NCBI RefSeq assembly: GCF_022701215.1
Contig: NZ_CP089976.1
Span: forward strand, 390,001-422,000
Length of the DNA stretch: 32,000 nucleotides
From: Moraxella nasovis
GTDB lineage: Bacteria; Pseudomonadota; Gammaproteobacteria; Pseudomonadales; Moraxellaceae
Reading direction: 5' to 3'
The position numbers and the translations under genes are program-made. Below, piece after piece: positions 1 to 9,122 of the stretch. How positions within the stretch are numbered: position 1 is the stretch's first letter; each line of letters starts with the position of its first letter. A model generated the notes under the pieces. It had not been told where the DNA came from and made no database searches. It saw only the letters and a program-made list of their open reading frames with translations.

Positions 1-463
1 GCTCTACGTCCAGCACAAAAAGCCTAGCCAAACCAACTCGCCGAGACTGACCTGCTGATAACTGACCGCTTGGCATTTGTTCTAAACCTTGCAAACCCAC
101 CCTTTCAAGAGCTTGTTCAATCACAGTCTTGCTGCCATCCACACCATACAGTGATAATAAAAATTGCAGATTTTGAGCTACTGTCAAATGCTCACTAATG
201 CCAAGCTGATGCGACACATACACAGGTGCTAAGTCGCCTGCGATCATCATCTTACCTGTCATCATCGGTAAAATCCCTGCAATCTGCGACAGTAGTGTCG
301 TCTTACCTAAGCCATTTTCTCCAATGAGATGGCAAATATCACCAGCGTGTAAAGTTAGGCGAACATCGCTACACAGTACAAAATCGCCCCGCTGTACGTC
401 CACGCCTTGCATGGCAAAGACGCAGTTAGGCGAAGTGGTATTAAGATGAGAAAAATCAGTCAT
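1..463 (-). CDS. ABC transporter ATP-binding protein, N-terminal part only (CcmA-like); C-terminus runs off the window
   Basis: Own translation of the minus strand from ATG at 463-461: MTDFSHLNTT...LIGENGLGKTTLLSQIAG (Walker A)...LSAGQSRRVGLARLF (ABC signature). The short Walker A-to-signature spacing resembles the heme exporter CcmA. Not in the ORF track because it is truncated by the window edge. Confidence 0.7.
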   Translation of the reverse strand, partial: MTDFSHLNTTSPNCVFAMQGVDVQRGDFVLCSDVRLTLHAGDICHLIGENGLGKTTLLSQIAGILPMMTGKMMIAGDLAPVYVSHQLGISEHLTVAQNLQFLLSLYGVDGSKTVIEQALERVGLQGLEQMPSGQLSAGQSRRVGLARLFVLDVE

Positions 464-600
464 GGTAGATGTGTTATGGCTAAATATCACCGCCCATCAT
501 ACCAAAATTTACAAAATTTTGCCCAAAAATTGACCAGATTTGCTATGATAGCTAAGCGATTTTAGCCCATTTATCTTTTGTCATTCAACCAAGACCTTTT

Positions 601-1305
601 ATGAACCTTTTTAAAAAATTACGGCAGCTATTTCAGTCATCGCCAAGCGATATGCCTAAAGACGATGTGTCTAATCATCAAAACACCCCAAGTGATACAA
701 CAAATCCAAACCATTTGGCTGATTTTTGGCTTAATCAAAAAACGATCAATGACCAAAAAGACTTTTATTTACAGCCCATCACAACCGTTATTAAACAAGT
801 GCTTGATGAGCAAGATTTGTATTACGAACACCGACCGCCAAAAGCTGATGAATCTCGTATCCATCATCTAATTTTAAGCTTTGGTGATGATGATGGCGAT
901 GATTTGGCCTGCGTATTTCGCATTAATGAAACAAATCAGCTGGTTAGTATTTTTGGTATTTTAGATGAAATTGTACCGCAGTCGTATTTTGCTGCTGCCA
1001 TGGCTAAAATCGCTTATGTCAATAACAGTCTAGGCTTTGGCAGTATTGAGCTTGACCCAAATGATGGTGAAGTGCGAGTGAAGATTTTTATGGATGCTGA
1101 ATTTACCATTATCAATACGCACTCTGTCATGAGTCATATGCATGGCGTACTAGGGCTGACTAAAATTGCCAAACAGCTGATTGACGATGTGCTTACCAAT
1201 GACTTATATGGTTATGATTTACGCCCCTATTTAAGACTTGATGGCGATGATGGGAATAATGCTGATGATACAGATCAATTTACCCCGACAAGCACTGTCC
1301 AATAA
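601..1305 (+). CDS. hypothetical protein, possibly YbjN-like (T3SS-chaperone-like fold) domain with low-complexity acidic termini
   Basis: 234-aa ORF with codon usage like its neighbours. The core (LACVFRINETNQLVSIFGILDEIVPQSYFAAAMAKIAYVNNSLGFGSIELDPNDGEVRVKIF) resembles YbjN-family proteins from memory only. Its stop lies 2 nt before the next ATG. No clear SD at 601, so the start is uncertain. Confidence 0.55.
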   Translation: MNLFKKLRQLFQSSPSDMPKDDVSNHQNTPSDTTNPNHLADFWLNQKTINDQKDFYLQPITTVIKQVLDEQDLYYEHRPPKADESRIHHLILSFGDDDGDDLACVFRINETNQLVSIFGILDEIVPQSYFAAAMAKIAYVNNSLGFGSIELDPNDGEVRVKIFMDAEFTIINTHSVMSHMHGVLGLTKIAKQLIDDVLTNDLYGYDLRPYLRLDGDDGNNADDTDQFTPTSTVQ

Positions 1306-1307
1306 CC

Positions 1308-2210
1308 ATGCTTAAAATCGCCCACTCACCCCTGTTTTGCCACCCCTTGCCTATGGGTCATCGCTTCCCCATGGCAAAATATGACCTAATCCCCAAAAAA
1401 CTCATCAATGATGGCGTGATTCGTGCAGATAATTTATTCCACCCACAAATGCTCTCCGAGAGTGAAATCCTAAGCACGCACAGTAATGATTATTGGCATA
1501 AATTAAAAACAGGCACACTATCTGACAAAGAGATTCGTAAAATCGGTCTGCCAATGTCAGCACAGCTTGTCAAAAGAGAACGCTACATCACCCACGCCAC
1601 CTATGAATGTGCCTTATACGCACTACAATACGGCATATCACTGTCCACGTCAGGCGGAACGCATCATGGTTTTGCAGACCATGGCGAAGGGTTTTGTGTG
1701 TTTAATGATGTGTGCGTAGCAAGTAATTTACTCTTGCAAAGGGGTCAAGCTCGGCAGATATTAAGCGTGGATTTGGACGTACACCAAGGCAATGGCAATG
1801 CGTCCATTATGGCAAATAATCCTAGTGTATTTATATTTAGTATGCACGGCAAGAAAAATTACCCATTCATCAAACCACCGTCCGACCTAGATATTGAGCT
1901 TGCCGATGGTACAGGCGATGATGAATATCTACAAATCCTAACAGACACTCTGCCAAATCTTATCAAACAGACAAATCCTGACATCATCTTTTATCAAGCA
2001 GGTGTGGACGTATTGGCAACCGATAAGCTCGGCAAACTGTCGCTAACGATGGCAGGCTGTCATGAGCGAGATGAGATTGTCCTAACCACCGCTTATCAGT
2101 TTGGTGTGCCTGTGGTGGTGGTCATGGGCGGGGGATATAGTGATGATGTAAATGTGGTGGTTGATGGGCATTGTGGGGTGTTTAGGGTGGCGAGTGGGCT
2201 GGTAGGATAA
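1308..2210 (+). CDS. histone deacetylase / acetoin-utilisation (HDAC, AcuC-like) family Zn-dependent deacetylase
   Basis: 300 aa with the family motifs GGTHHGFADHGEGFCVFNDV and DLDVHQGNG, plus a C-terminal VVVVMGGGY. Confidence 0.85.
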   Translation: MLKIAHSPLFCHPLPMGHRFPMAKYDLIPKKLINDGVIRADNLFHPQMLSESEILSTHSNDYWHKLKTGTLSDKEIRKIGLPMSAQLVKRERYITHATYECALYALQYGISLSTSGGTHHGFADHGEGFCVFNDVCVASNLLLQRGQARQILSVDLDVHQGNGNASIMANNPSVFIFSMHGKKNYPFIKPPSDLDIELADGTGDDEYLQILTDTLPNLIKQTNPDIIFYQAGVDVLATDKLGKLSLTMAGCHERDEIVLTTAYQFGVPVVVVMGGGYSDDVNVVVDGHCGVFRVASGLVG

Positions 2211-2284
2211 TGAGATTATTAACCTACCAACCTAACAATATTTATACCAAGTTTGGTTTTAGAAAAACTAGATTGAACAATTTA

Positions 2285-4168
2285 TTAACTTTGATTAAAT
2301 TTATTATGCCACCTTTCTCCAAAATCAAATAACCTACTATCAGAACACACAACATAAATTACAGACGTATCATCTTTTTTAATTCTTGTTAAAGCCACAT
2401 AAATTAACTCATATGCACATTCTACAAAAGATAAATCATCTAAGATTATCATTAAAGCCTTTGACTCCCAGCCTTTGTAACTGTGAATTGTACAGGCTTT
2501 AATTGTTTGAGCACCTTTAAAGAAATATTGTTTCTTTCTGCGAGACTCCAATTTATCTGTGGAAAATATATCAGTATATCTTTTTCCATTAGATTTTAAG
2601 ACTTCGCATATTTGCAACCCTAGATTATGTGTTGTAGTAATGATAGTTTGGTCGGCAAATGCCATATTTAAACTCCTAGCTACACCTTCAAATTCTAGAA
2701 TATGATTTCTTAAAATTGACTTATCTAAATTTATTTCATTTATCCACCTAAATTGAAAGTTTCCTGCATTACTTGCATCTGATGAAAACATATCATTTTC
2801 ATCAAATTCTATTGGCTCTGGCTTTATGATATTTGAATTTGGTAAGAATGTATCTATATAATCACAAACAAATGGAATGACAGGGAATGGTAATCTATAA
2901 GTGGCGTTTAACTCTGACCAACGACCAGAAAAACCGCAATCGGTCATCGCATCATCAGTCCAAAGATTATTTTTAGCATAAATATCCTGGGTTGAATCTG
3001 CAACTAATAACATTTCACCACCATCATTTAATAGCCTTCTTAATATGTTCCACCATCTTGGATTATAATCTTGACCCTCATCAACTAAGATGGCATCATA
3101 TTTCTCATTAAAAAGCCCTTCATCTAAACATTGCTCTACCAATGCACAAAGTTTATTATCATCAACAAATTCGTCATTTTTTAAATTTTGAAATAAGGCA
3201 TTATATTCTTTATCATACCCTGATTCTATACAAATTCTTGAACATAAATAATGAAAATTAAGCCATACACCTTCTTTTCTTGCTTTTGAATACTCTCTAA
3301 CCGCCAAATCAGTAAGATAATTACACAAAGTAATATTAAAACTAACGACCAATACAGATTTTCCTTGCTCCAATAAATGAGTTGCTTTTTTAGCAACAAC
3401 AATTGACTTTCCTGAACCAGCTGGACCCTTTAAACGTCTATAACCAGACTTTGTGCGAGTTGTCGCAAACTCCAATTGTTTTTTATCCAATTGCAATGGT
3501 TGTCTTTGTTCCTTATTTGCATCAGGCTCTATTAACCAAAACTTTAAATAACTAGCAACAATATCATTCATGGTTGAATTTTTATTATCTAGCAATCGTT
3601 TTGGAAATACATTATTAATATCGTCATAAAAAGATTCTTGGGAAATAACAAAATATTTTGCATAGGGATTCTCTTTATTAAAAATTCTACGCCCCCTATT
3701 TTCAAAAATACTATAAATTCCAGCCTTACTTAACTGCTCTTGTGTTGCCGATGGGAAAACCAAACCACAAAACAACACTCTCTTACCACTTTCAGTACCC
3801 AACTGTGGCGTGTACAGATGAATCATTTCTTTCCTATACAGCAATAATTTATCAACAGGGTTTTCAGGGCGATAAGGTTTTTCCACCCCCTTTTGTGCTT
3901 TTAAATGCAGTTTTCCATTATTGGCATAATCTGAATAATAATGGATAGCATCAAAGTTCCAATTTTTAACTTCAAAAATACAAATACCAACTTTCGGATT
4001 TACAATAATAACATCAGGACAAAGTCCATTAAAAGCAGGTTGAATATAAATTTCCCAATTTGCATTCAAATGTTTATCTAAATACTCAATAAATTGCCTT
4101 TCTCCTGACTCCAAAGGTTGCCGCAAATTATCCCATTCAGACTTTGGTGGCACAATCACTCTTTGCAT
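2285..4168 (-). CDS. NERD (PD-(D/E)xK nuclease-like) domain fused to UvrD/PcrA-like SF1 helicase; candidate single-gene defence protein
   Basis: N-terminus: GERQFIEYL...CPDVIIVNPKVGICIFEVKNW (D...E-x-K, NERD-like). Helicase motifs: QPLQLDKKQLEF (Q-like), GPAGSGKS (Walker A), ILVDEGQDY (motif II), LLVADSTQDIY (III), ATYRLP (IV), TIHSYKGWES (V), LIYVALTRIKK (VI). Start moved to ATG 4168 because GGAG sits 6 nt upstream; the track start at 4198 is TTG. Confidence 0.8.
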   Translation of the reverse strand: MQRVIVPPKSEWDNLRQPLESGERQFIEYLDKHLNANWEIYIQPAFNGLCPDVIIVNPKVGICIFEVKNWNFDAIHYYSDYANNGKLHLKAQKGVEKPYRPENPVDKLLLYRKEMIHLYTPQLGTESGKRVLFCGLVFPSATQEQLSKAGIYSIFENRGRRIFNKENPYAKYFVISQESFYDDINNVFPKRLLDNKNSTMNDIVASYLKFWLIEPDANKEQRQPLQLDKKQLEFATTRTKSGYRRLKGPAGSGKSIVVAKKATHLLEQGKSVLVVSFNITLCNYLTDLAVREYSKARKEGVWLNFHYLCSRICIESGYDKEYNALFQNLKNDEFVDDNKLCALVEQCLDEGLFNEKYDAILVDEGQDYNPRWWNILRRLLNDGGEMLLVADSTQDIYAKNNLWTDDAMTDCGFSGRWSELNATYRLPFPVIPFVCDYIDTFLPNSNIIKPEPIEFDENDMFSSDASNAGNFQFRWINEINLDKSILRNHILEFEGVARSLNMAFADQTIITTTHNLGLQICEVLKSNGKRYTDIFSTDKLESRRKKQYFFKGAQTIKACTIHSYKGWESKALMIILDDLSFVECAYELIYVALTRIKKDDTSVIYVVCSDSRLFDFGERWHNKFNQS

Positions 4169-4200
4169 GATACACTCCATAAAATAAACAACCCCCAACC

Positions 4201-4229
4201 ATCATAGCTAGGGATTGATTATTTTTCAA
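4201..4229 (-). promoter_or_regulatory. candidate sigma70 promoter for the NERD-helicase gene
   Basis: Minus strand reads TTGAAA (4229-4224), 17 nt, TATGAT (4206-4201). It lies just after the valS stop (4234-4236) and about 33 nt upstream of ATG 4168. Confidence 0.4.
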
Positions 4230-4233
4230 CAAA

Positions 4234-7056
4234 TCACAACGCTCTCAACTGCTCCATTTGCTTATCTATCTCCCCCACTTGCCCTTGCAACTCCGCCAAC
4301 TTCCCCTTCTCCGCTTCTACCACACTCGCAGGAGCCTTAGCAACAAACCCTTCATTCGCCAATTTCTTAGTGATAGCGTCCGCCTGCTGTTGTAGTTTAT
4401 CACGCACTTTTTGTAGGCGGGCAAGCTCAGCACTTGGGTCAATCAAGCCTTTCATCGGCACCAAAACTTTTAAAGAGCCGATTAGAGCTTGCGATGATAA
4501 TGGAACTTCATCATTGTCGCCCACAATCGTTAGGCTCTCTACTTTGGCAAGTGCCTTGAACTGGCTTTCAATGCGGTTTAGGCTTGACCGCTCTTCATCG
4601 CTCACACCTTGTAGCAATACAGGCAGACGCACAGCATTGCCCAGTTTCATCTCGCCACGGATATTTCGCACCGCACCAATTAAACCTTGTAGCCACGCCA
4701 TATCATGCTCGGCTTGCTCATTGATAAGCTCTTGATTTGCCACAGGAAAATCTGCAAGCATGATACTCTTGCCTTTGATACCCAACATGGGAGCGATGGT
4801 CTGCCAAATCTCTTCGCTGATAAATGGCATGATTGGGTGGATTAGTCGCAGTGCAGTCTCCAAGGTGGCAAGTAGCACACGGCGAATTTCTGCCTTACGT
4901 TCATCAGCTACCGTGTCGTCATTTAAGACAGGTTTGACCAGCTCCAAGTACCAATCGCAATATTCATTCCAAATAAAGTCATAAATCGCCTGACTTGCCA
5001 AATCAAAACGGTAAGTCTCAAAGGCAGTATTGACCGCCTGCTCGCATTTTTGTAGTCGGCTGATTATCCATTTTTCGGACAATTCCCAAAGCTTGGGTCG
5101 TTTGGTGTCGCTGATGCTCTTACCTTCTACATTCATCAGCACAAACTTGCTGGCATTCCAAATTTTATTACAAAAATTGCGATAACCCTCCACACGTTTT
5201 AGGTCAAATTTAATATCTCGCCCTGTACTAGCAAGGCTTGCAAAAGTAAATCTAAGTGCGTCCGTGCCATAAGCCATCAGCCCTTCGGGAAATTCTTTAC
5301 GTGTCGCTTTTTCAATTTTGGTGGCATCTTTGGGGTTCATAAGACCTGTGGTGCGTTTGGCAGCCAAAGCGTCCAAATCAATGCCATCAATCAAATCCAA
5401 AGGGTCTAGCACATTACCCTTAGATTTACTCATCTTTTGACCTTCACCATCACGCACCAGACCATGTACATAGACGGTTTTAAATGGCACTTGCGGTTTG
5501 CCATCTTTGTCTTTGACAAAATGCAAGGTCATCATAATCATGCGAGCCACCCAAAAGAATATGATGTCAAAGCCAGTAACCAGCACACTTGTTGGGTGAA
5601 AATGTTGCAAAATGGCATTATCAAAATCTTTGTCCGTGCCTGTCCAGTCAAGCGTGCTAAACGTCCAAAGTGCAGAACTAAACCAAGTATCTAGTACGTC
5701 TTCATCTTGGCGAAGCGGTATGTCGCCTAAGTCGTATTTGACACGCACTTCACTCTCATCACGCCCCACATAGACATTGCCAGTCTCATCATACCACGCA
5801 GGAATGCGATGTCCCCACCACAGCTGGCGTGAGATACACCAATCTTGAATGTCTTTCATCCACGCCATGTACATATTGGTGTACTGCTCTGGGACAAATT
5901 TGATGTCGCCATTTTCTACCGCCTGTATGGCAGGCTTAGCAAGCGGTGCGATTTTGACATACCATTGGTCGGTCAACAGTGGCTCAATCACCACGCCAGA
6001 GCGGTCGCCATAGGGGCGTTTTAATTCGTGGGGTTCAATTTTTTCAAGATAGCCGTACTCTTGCAAATCTTCCACGATTTTTGTGCGAGCATCAAAGCGG
6101 TCAAGCCCACGATAACGTTCTGGGGCATTGTCATTCATCGTAGCATCAAGATTCATCAAATTGATGATCTCAATGTCGTGGCGTTTGCCGACTTCATAAT
6201 CATTAAAATCGTGAGCAGGGGTAATCTTCACGCACCCTGTGCCAAACTCAGGGTCAGGATAAGGGTCTGCGACAACTGGAATGATGCGGTCGGTCATGGG
6301 AACGTGTACCATCTTGCCAATCACGTCTTTATAACGCTCATCATCAGGGTGTACTGCCAAACAGCCGTCCGCCAAAATTGTCTCTGGGCGAGTGGTGGCG
6401 ATGTGCATATAGCCACCGCCAAAGCTTTCGTCTTTGTCCACAAATGGGTAGCGAACATGATACATAAAGCCTTTTTCATCACGGTTTTCTACTTCCAAAT
6501 CCGAGACGGCGGTTTGTAGTTTTGGGTCCCAGTTCACCAATCTTTTACCACGATAAATCAGACCTTCATCGTGCAGACGGACAAACACTTCTTTGACCAC
6601 TTGGGATAAATCATCGTCCATCGTGAAACGTTCACGAGACCAGTCTACACTTGACCCAAGACGGCGGATTTGGCGTGTGATGTTACCGCCACTCTCATTT
6701 TTCCATTCCCACACTTTATCAATGAATGCCTCACGCCCCAAGTCATGACGACTTACGCCTTGCAAACCAAGCTGACGCTCCACCACCATTTGCGTAGCAA
6801 TCCCTGCATGGTCGGTACCGGGTTGCCACAGAGTGTTATAGCCTTTCATGCGATGAAAACGAGTGAGTGCGTCCATGATTGTATTATTAAAGCCATGCCC
6901 CATGTGCAATGAACCTGTTACATTCGGTGGCGGAATGACGATAGAAAAGGATTTTGGCTTGTCAAGCGTAGGTTTGAAGTAGCCTTGTTGCTCCCAAATC
7001 TGATACATACCTGCTTCAAGTTCAGCTGGATTATAAGTAGTCGCTAATTTATTCAT
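4234..7056 (-). CDS. valS: valine--tRNA ligase
   Basis: 940 aa with class I motifs [12 protein letters not shown] (HIGH) and KMSKSKGN (KMSKS), and a long C-terminal coiled coil typical of ValRS. Confidence 0.97.
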   Translation of the reverse strand: MNKLATTYNPAELEAGMYQIWEQQGYFKPTLDKPKSFSIVIPPPNVTGSLHMGHGFNNTIMDALTRFHRMKGYNTLWQPGTDHAGIATQMVVERQLGLQGVSRHDLGREAFIDKVWEWKNESGGNITRQIRRLGSSVDWSRERFTMDDDLSQVVKEVFVRLHDEGLIYRGKRLVNWDPKLQTAVSDLEVENRDEKGFMYHVRYPFVDKDESFGGGYMHIATTRPETILADGCLAVHPDDERYKDVIGKMVHVPMTDRIIPVVADPYPDPEFGTGCVKITPAHDFNDYEVGKRHDIEIINLMNLDATMNDNAPERYRGLDRFDARTKIVEDLQEYGYLEKIEPHELKRPYGDRSGVVIEPLLTDQWYVKIAPLAKPAIQAVENGDIKFVPEQYTNMYMAWMKDIQDWCISRQLWWGHRIPAWYDETGNVYVGRDESEVRVKYDLGDIPLRQDEDVLDTWFSSALWTFSTLDWTGTDKDFDNAILQHFHPTSVLVTGFDIIFFWVARMIMMTLHFVKDKDGKPQVPFKTVYVHGLVRDGEGQKMSKSKGNVLDPLDLIDGIDLDALAAKRTTGLMNPKDATKIEKATRKEFPEGLMAYGTDALRFTFASLASTGRDIKFDLKRVEGYRNFCNKIWNASKFVLMNVEGKSISDTKRPKLWELSEKWIISRLQKCEQAVNTAFETYRFDLASQAIYDFIWNEYCDWYLELVKPVLNDDTVADERKAEIRRVLLATLETALRLIHPIMPFISEEIWQTIAPMLGIKGKSIMLADFPVANQELINEQAEHDMAWLQGLIGAVRNIRGEMKLGNAVRLPVLLQGVSDEERSSLNRIESQFKALAKVESLTIVGDNDEVPLSSQALIGSLKVLVPMKGLIDPSAELARLQKVRDKLQQQADAITKKLANEGFVAKAPASVVEAEKGKLAELQGQVGEIDKQMEQLRAL

Positions 7057-7081
7057 AAAATTACCTGTTAATCATTGCTTA

Positions 7082-7124
7082 TAAAAAAATAAAATCCCCC
7101 TAATTTTACCGTAAAATTAGGGGG
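7082..7124 (-). terminator. rho-independent terminator downstream of the EamA gene, abutting the valS 5' region
   Basis: Near-perfect inverted repeat CCCCCTAATTTTAC/GTAAAATTAGGGGG (7096-7124, 14 pairing positions). On the minus strand it is followed by ATTTTATTTTTTTAT. Confidence 0.6.
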
Positions 7125-7145
7125 TTGTGTAGATTTTTTATATAT

Positions 7146-8042
7146 CTACAAAATGCTATCAGATTTTTTTAATGTCAGCAAATGTCTAATTGTATTATCA
7201 TTGAGTTTACCGATAAACAATCCAAGCATAATGATAATAATTGCGATAAATTGTAATTTTGTTAAATATTCGCCAAATAAGACATAAGCATACAAAGCAG
7301 ATATAGCTGGCTGGCTAAGCACAATTAGCGAAGCGGATATGGCAGTTAAATGCCCCAAAAAATAACTCATGCCACCTTGTCCTAAAACATGAGAAAAAAT
7401 TGCCAATCCTAGTAATGGAATGATGGCGTTGATGCTGGTTGGTAGTGAAAAACCCTCAAATAAAACAAATGGTATTAATGCAATAATAGAACCAATACAT
7501 GAATAATACATGATAACCATAAAATCAATATCTTTTCTTAATTTATATACAGTTACCAAAAAAAGTCCATAAAAAAACGATGTTGCCAATGCCAACAAAT
7601 TTCCTAAAGTATGATTTGAACCTAATTGTGCTTTTTCTAAAAATAGTAAAACAACACCAAAAACCATCACAGGGGCTGAAATCAAAAAAGAAAGCGTAGG
7701 TTTTTCTTTAAATAAATAATAAGAAATTGGCACAACCGTTAAAGCAACAAGGTTGGATAAAAGATTGGCATTAACCACCGTAGTATAAGAAAAAGAGATG
7801 TTCCATAGCACCAGATCCAAAGCTAAAAACACACCAGAGAGCATGGCAAATAATTTGTGCTTATTATTGATACTTAAAGAGCTTTTTTTGTTTCTTTTGC
7901 ATAAAATATAAAATATAGGCAAGGCAAATAACACACGATAAAAAGCGGTGTTAATCGGCTCTAATGCACTATATCTGACAAATATGCCGCCCAATGCCAA
8001 TAACGAAATGCAGATTAAGGCACCAAATATATACTTATTCAC
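7146..8042 (-). CDS. EamA/DMT-superfamily permease (10-TM drug/metabolite transporter)
   Basis: 298 aa, strongly hydrophobic, two-halved EamA-like organisation. GTG start at 8042 with GGAG 7 nt upstream. Visibly AT-rich. Confidence 0.7.
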   Translation of the reverse strand: MNKYIFGALICISLLALGGIFVRYSALEPINTAFYRVLFALPIFYILCKRNKKSSLSINNKHKLFAMLSGVFLALDLVLWNISFSYTTVVNANLLSNLVALTVVPISYYLFKEKPTLSFLISAPVMVFGVVLLFLEKAQLGSNHTLGNLLALATSFFYGLFLVTVYKLRKDIDFMVIMYYSCIGSIIALIPFVLFEGFSLPTSINAIIPLLGLAIFSHVLGQGGMSYFLGHLTAISASLIVLSQPAISALYAYVLFGEYLTKLQFIAIIIIMLGLFIGKLNDNTIRHLLTLKKSDSIL

Positions 8043-8074
8043 ACTTTGGCTCCATTTTTTTAGTTATTTGGCAC

Positions 8075-8191
8075 TCAGATTTTAATGTGATGATTGAATT
8101 TGTGACTTCCGCCTTGATAATTTAAATCCAGCTTAGCTAAAATATTTGGAGAAATCTCAACAAGTTGCGATTCGTAACTATTTTTCATCAT
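8075..8191 (-). CDS. possible small ORF (38 aa), unknown function
   Basis: Own translation: MMKNSYESQLVEISPNILAKLDLNYQGGSHKFNHHIKI*. AAGGAT lies about 8 nt upstream of the ATGATG. No recognisable family, and it is below the ORF-track size cutoff. Confidence 0.2.
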   Translation of the reverse strand: MMKNSYESQLVEISPNILAKLDLNYQGGSHKFNHHIKI

Positions 8192-8231
8192 AAGTAAACA
8201 TCCTTGTTAAAGTTAAATTAAGAATAAATAA

Positions 8232-8260
8232 ATTTTAATAAGAACAAGACACAATATCAA
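8232..8260 (-). promoter_or_regulatory. candidate sigma70 promoter for the small ORF / EamA unit
   Basis: Minus strand reads TTGATA (8260-8255), 17 nt, TAAAAT (8237-8232). Chance matches are common in AT-rich DNA. Confidence 0.3.
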
Positions 8261-8268
8261 TTTTTAGA

Positions 8269-8760
8269 TTATGGCAGTCTTGGCGACACCTTTGGGTTTG
8301 TCTCACTCATCACCGCTGTGCCATAAGCCAACACTTCTACACCACCTGCATCTATACTTGATGTTTCAATCCTAATGCCGTAGATTTGGTTATAGCCGTG
8401 GCTTTGGGCAAGGCGTTTCATACGCACCACCGCTTCTCGGCGGGCTCGCTCCAACAGATTTTCATACACCGTTAGATTCCTACCAAACAGGCTAAGAAAG
8501 TCTGCAAACACGAGCTTAAATCGGTCTTGGGCAACAGACACACTCCCCATCACAAGCTGTCCGTCTGTCTGTGTGATGGGCATATAAAATCGCTCATTTG
8601 AGATGATGATATGAGCAAGCAGTTTCTCATCTTCATCAAGCTTGGCTAAGTGTTTATGCTCATTTGCCCTGCCAAAATACCAACCAACAAAAAACAAAAC
8701 AACAGCGATAACAATTTGTAGATTGTTTAAAATAAAAGCAGTCACATCTTTCATCATCAT
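8269..8760 (-). CDS. YbjQ/UPF0145-family protein with an N-terminal transmembrane anchor
   Basis: 163 aa. TM segment ILNNLQIVIAVVLFFVGWYF, then a divergent YbjQ-like domain (...YENLLERARREAVVRMKRLAQSHG...VEVLAYGTAV). Its ATG overlaps the upstream stop (ATGA, 8757-8760). Confidence 0.7.
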   Translation of the reverse strand: MMMKDVTAFILNNLQIVIAVVLFFVGWYFGRANEHKHLAKLDEDEKLLAHIIISNERFYMPITQTDGQLVMGSVSVAQDRFKLVFADFLSLFGRNLTVYENLLERARREAVVRMKRLAQSHGYNQIYGIRIETSSIDAGGVEVLAYGTAVMSETNPKVSPRLP

Positions 8761-9122
8761 TCCCCAAAGGGATTGTAACGTGGTATGTCTTGATGATTTG
8801 GGGTGTTTCTTATCGCCTTAACCGCCGTGCCATAGACAAAAATCTCAGACGCACCCGCTGCCACATTAGATGTAGAAAATCGCACCCCCACGATGGCATC
8901 TGCCCCAAGCTGTGTGGCTTTGGCAATCATACGCTCCACAGCCTCGGTGCGTGCTTCTTCTAGCAATTGGGTATAGGCAACCAATTCGCCACCTACGATA
9001 TTTTTTAGTCCTGCCAAAAAATCCTTACCAACGTGTTTGGTGCGTACCGTGCTACCATAGACCACATCTAGGCGTTCGGTGATGGTATGGTTTGGTAGGT
9101 GCTCTAAATTAGACAGTTGCAT
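8757..9122 (-). CDS. YbjQ/UPF0145-family (putative heavy-metal-binding) protein
   Basis: Canonical family pattern VRTKHVGKDFLAGLKNIVGGELVAYTQLLEEARTEAVERMIAKATQLGADAIVGVRFSTS...VYGTAV. Start set to the internal ATG at 9122 (MQLSNLEH...) to give the usual family length; the track start is 9155. Confidence 0.8.
   Translation of the reverse strand: MQLSNLEHLPNHTITERLDVVYGSTVRTKHVGKDFLAGLKNIVGGELVAYTQLLEEARTEAVERMIAKATQLGADAIVGVRFSTSNVAAGASEIFVYGTAVKAIRNTPNHQDIPRYNPFGE

Noticed and set aside
530-560. TTGACC at 530-535 as the -35 of a promoter for the 601 ORF
   Set aside because: No acceptable -10 hexamer at 16-18 bp spacing (TATGAT is only 8 nt away), so it is not reported as a feature.
2243-2260. 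Hairpin ACCAAGTTTGGTTTT as terminator between the deacetylase and NERD-helicase genes
   Set aside because: The stem is only 4-5 bp with a 2-4 nt loop, too weak to call.
2211-4233. Mobile element (IS, integron cassette or integrative island) carrying the NERD-helicase
   Set aside because: I could find no transposase, integrase, terminal inverted repeats or flanking direct repeats by eye, so I call it only a compositionally atypical islet.
4370-6912. Plus-strand ORFs of 74-163 aa inside valS (4370-4735, 4760-4984, 5437-5694, 6028-6519, 6670-6912)
   Set aside because: They lie entirely antisense to a well-supported 940-aa valS. Their compositions are low-complexity or Cys/Ser/Arg-rich, typical of shadow frames, and they have no RBS context.
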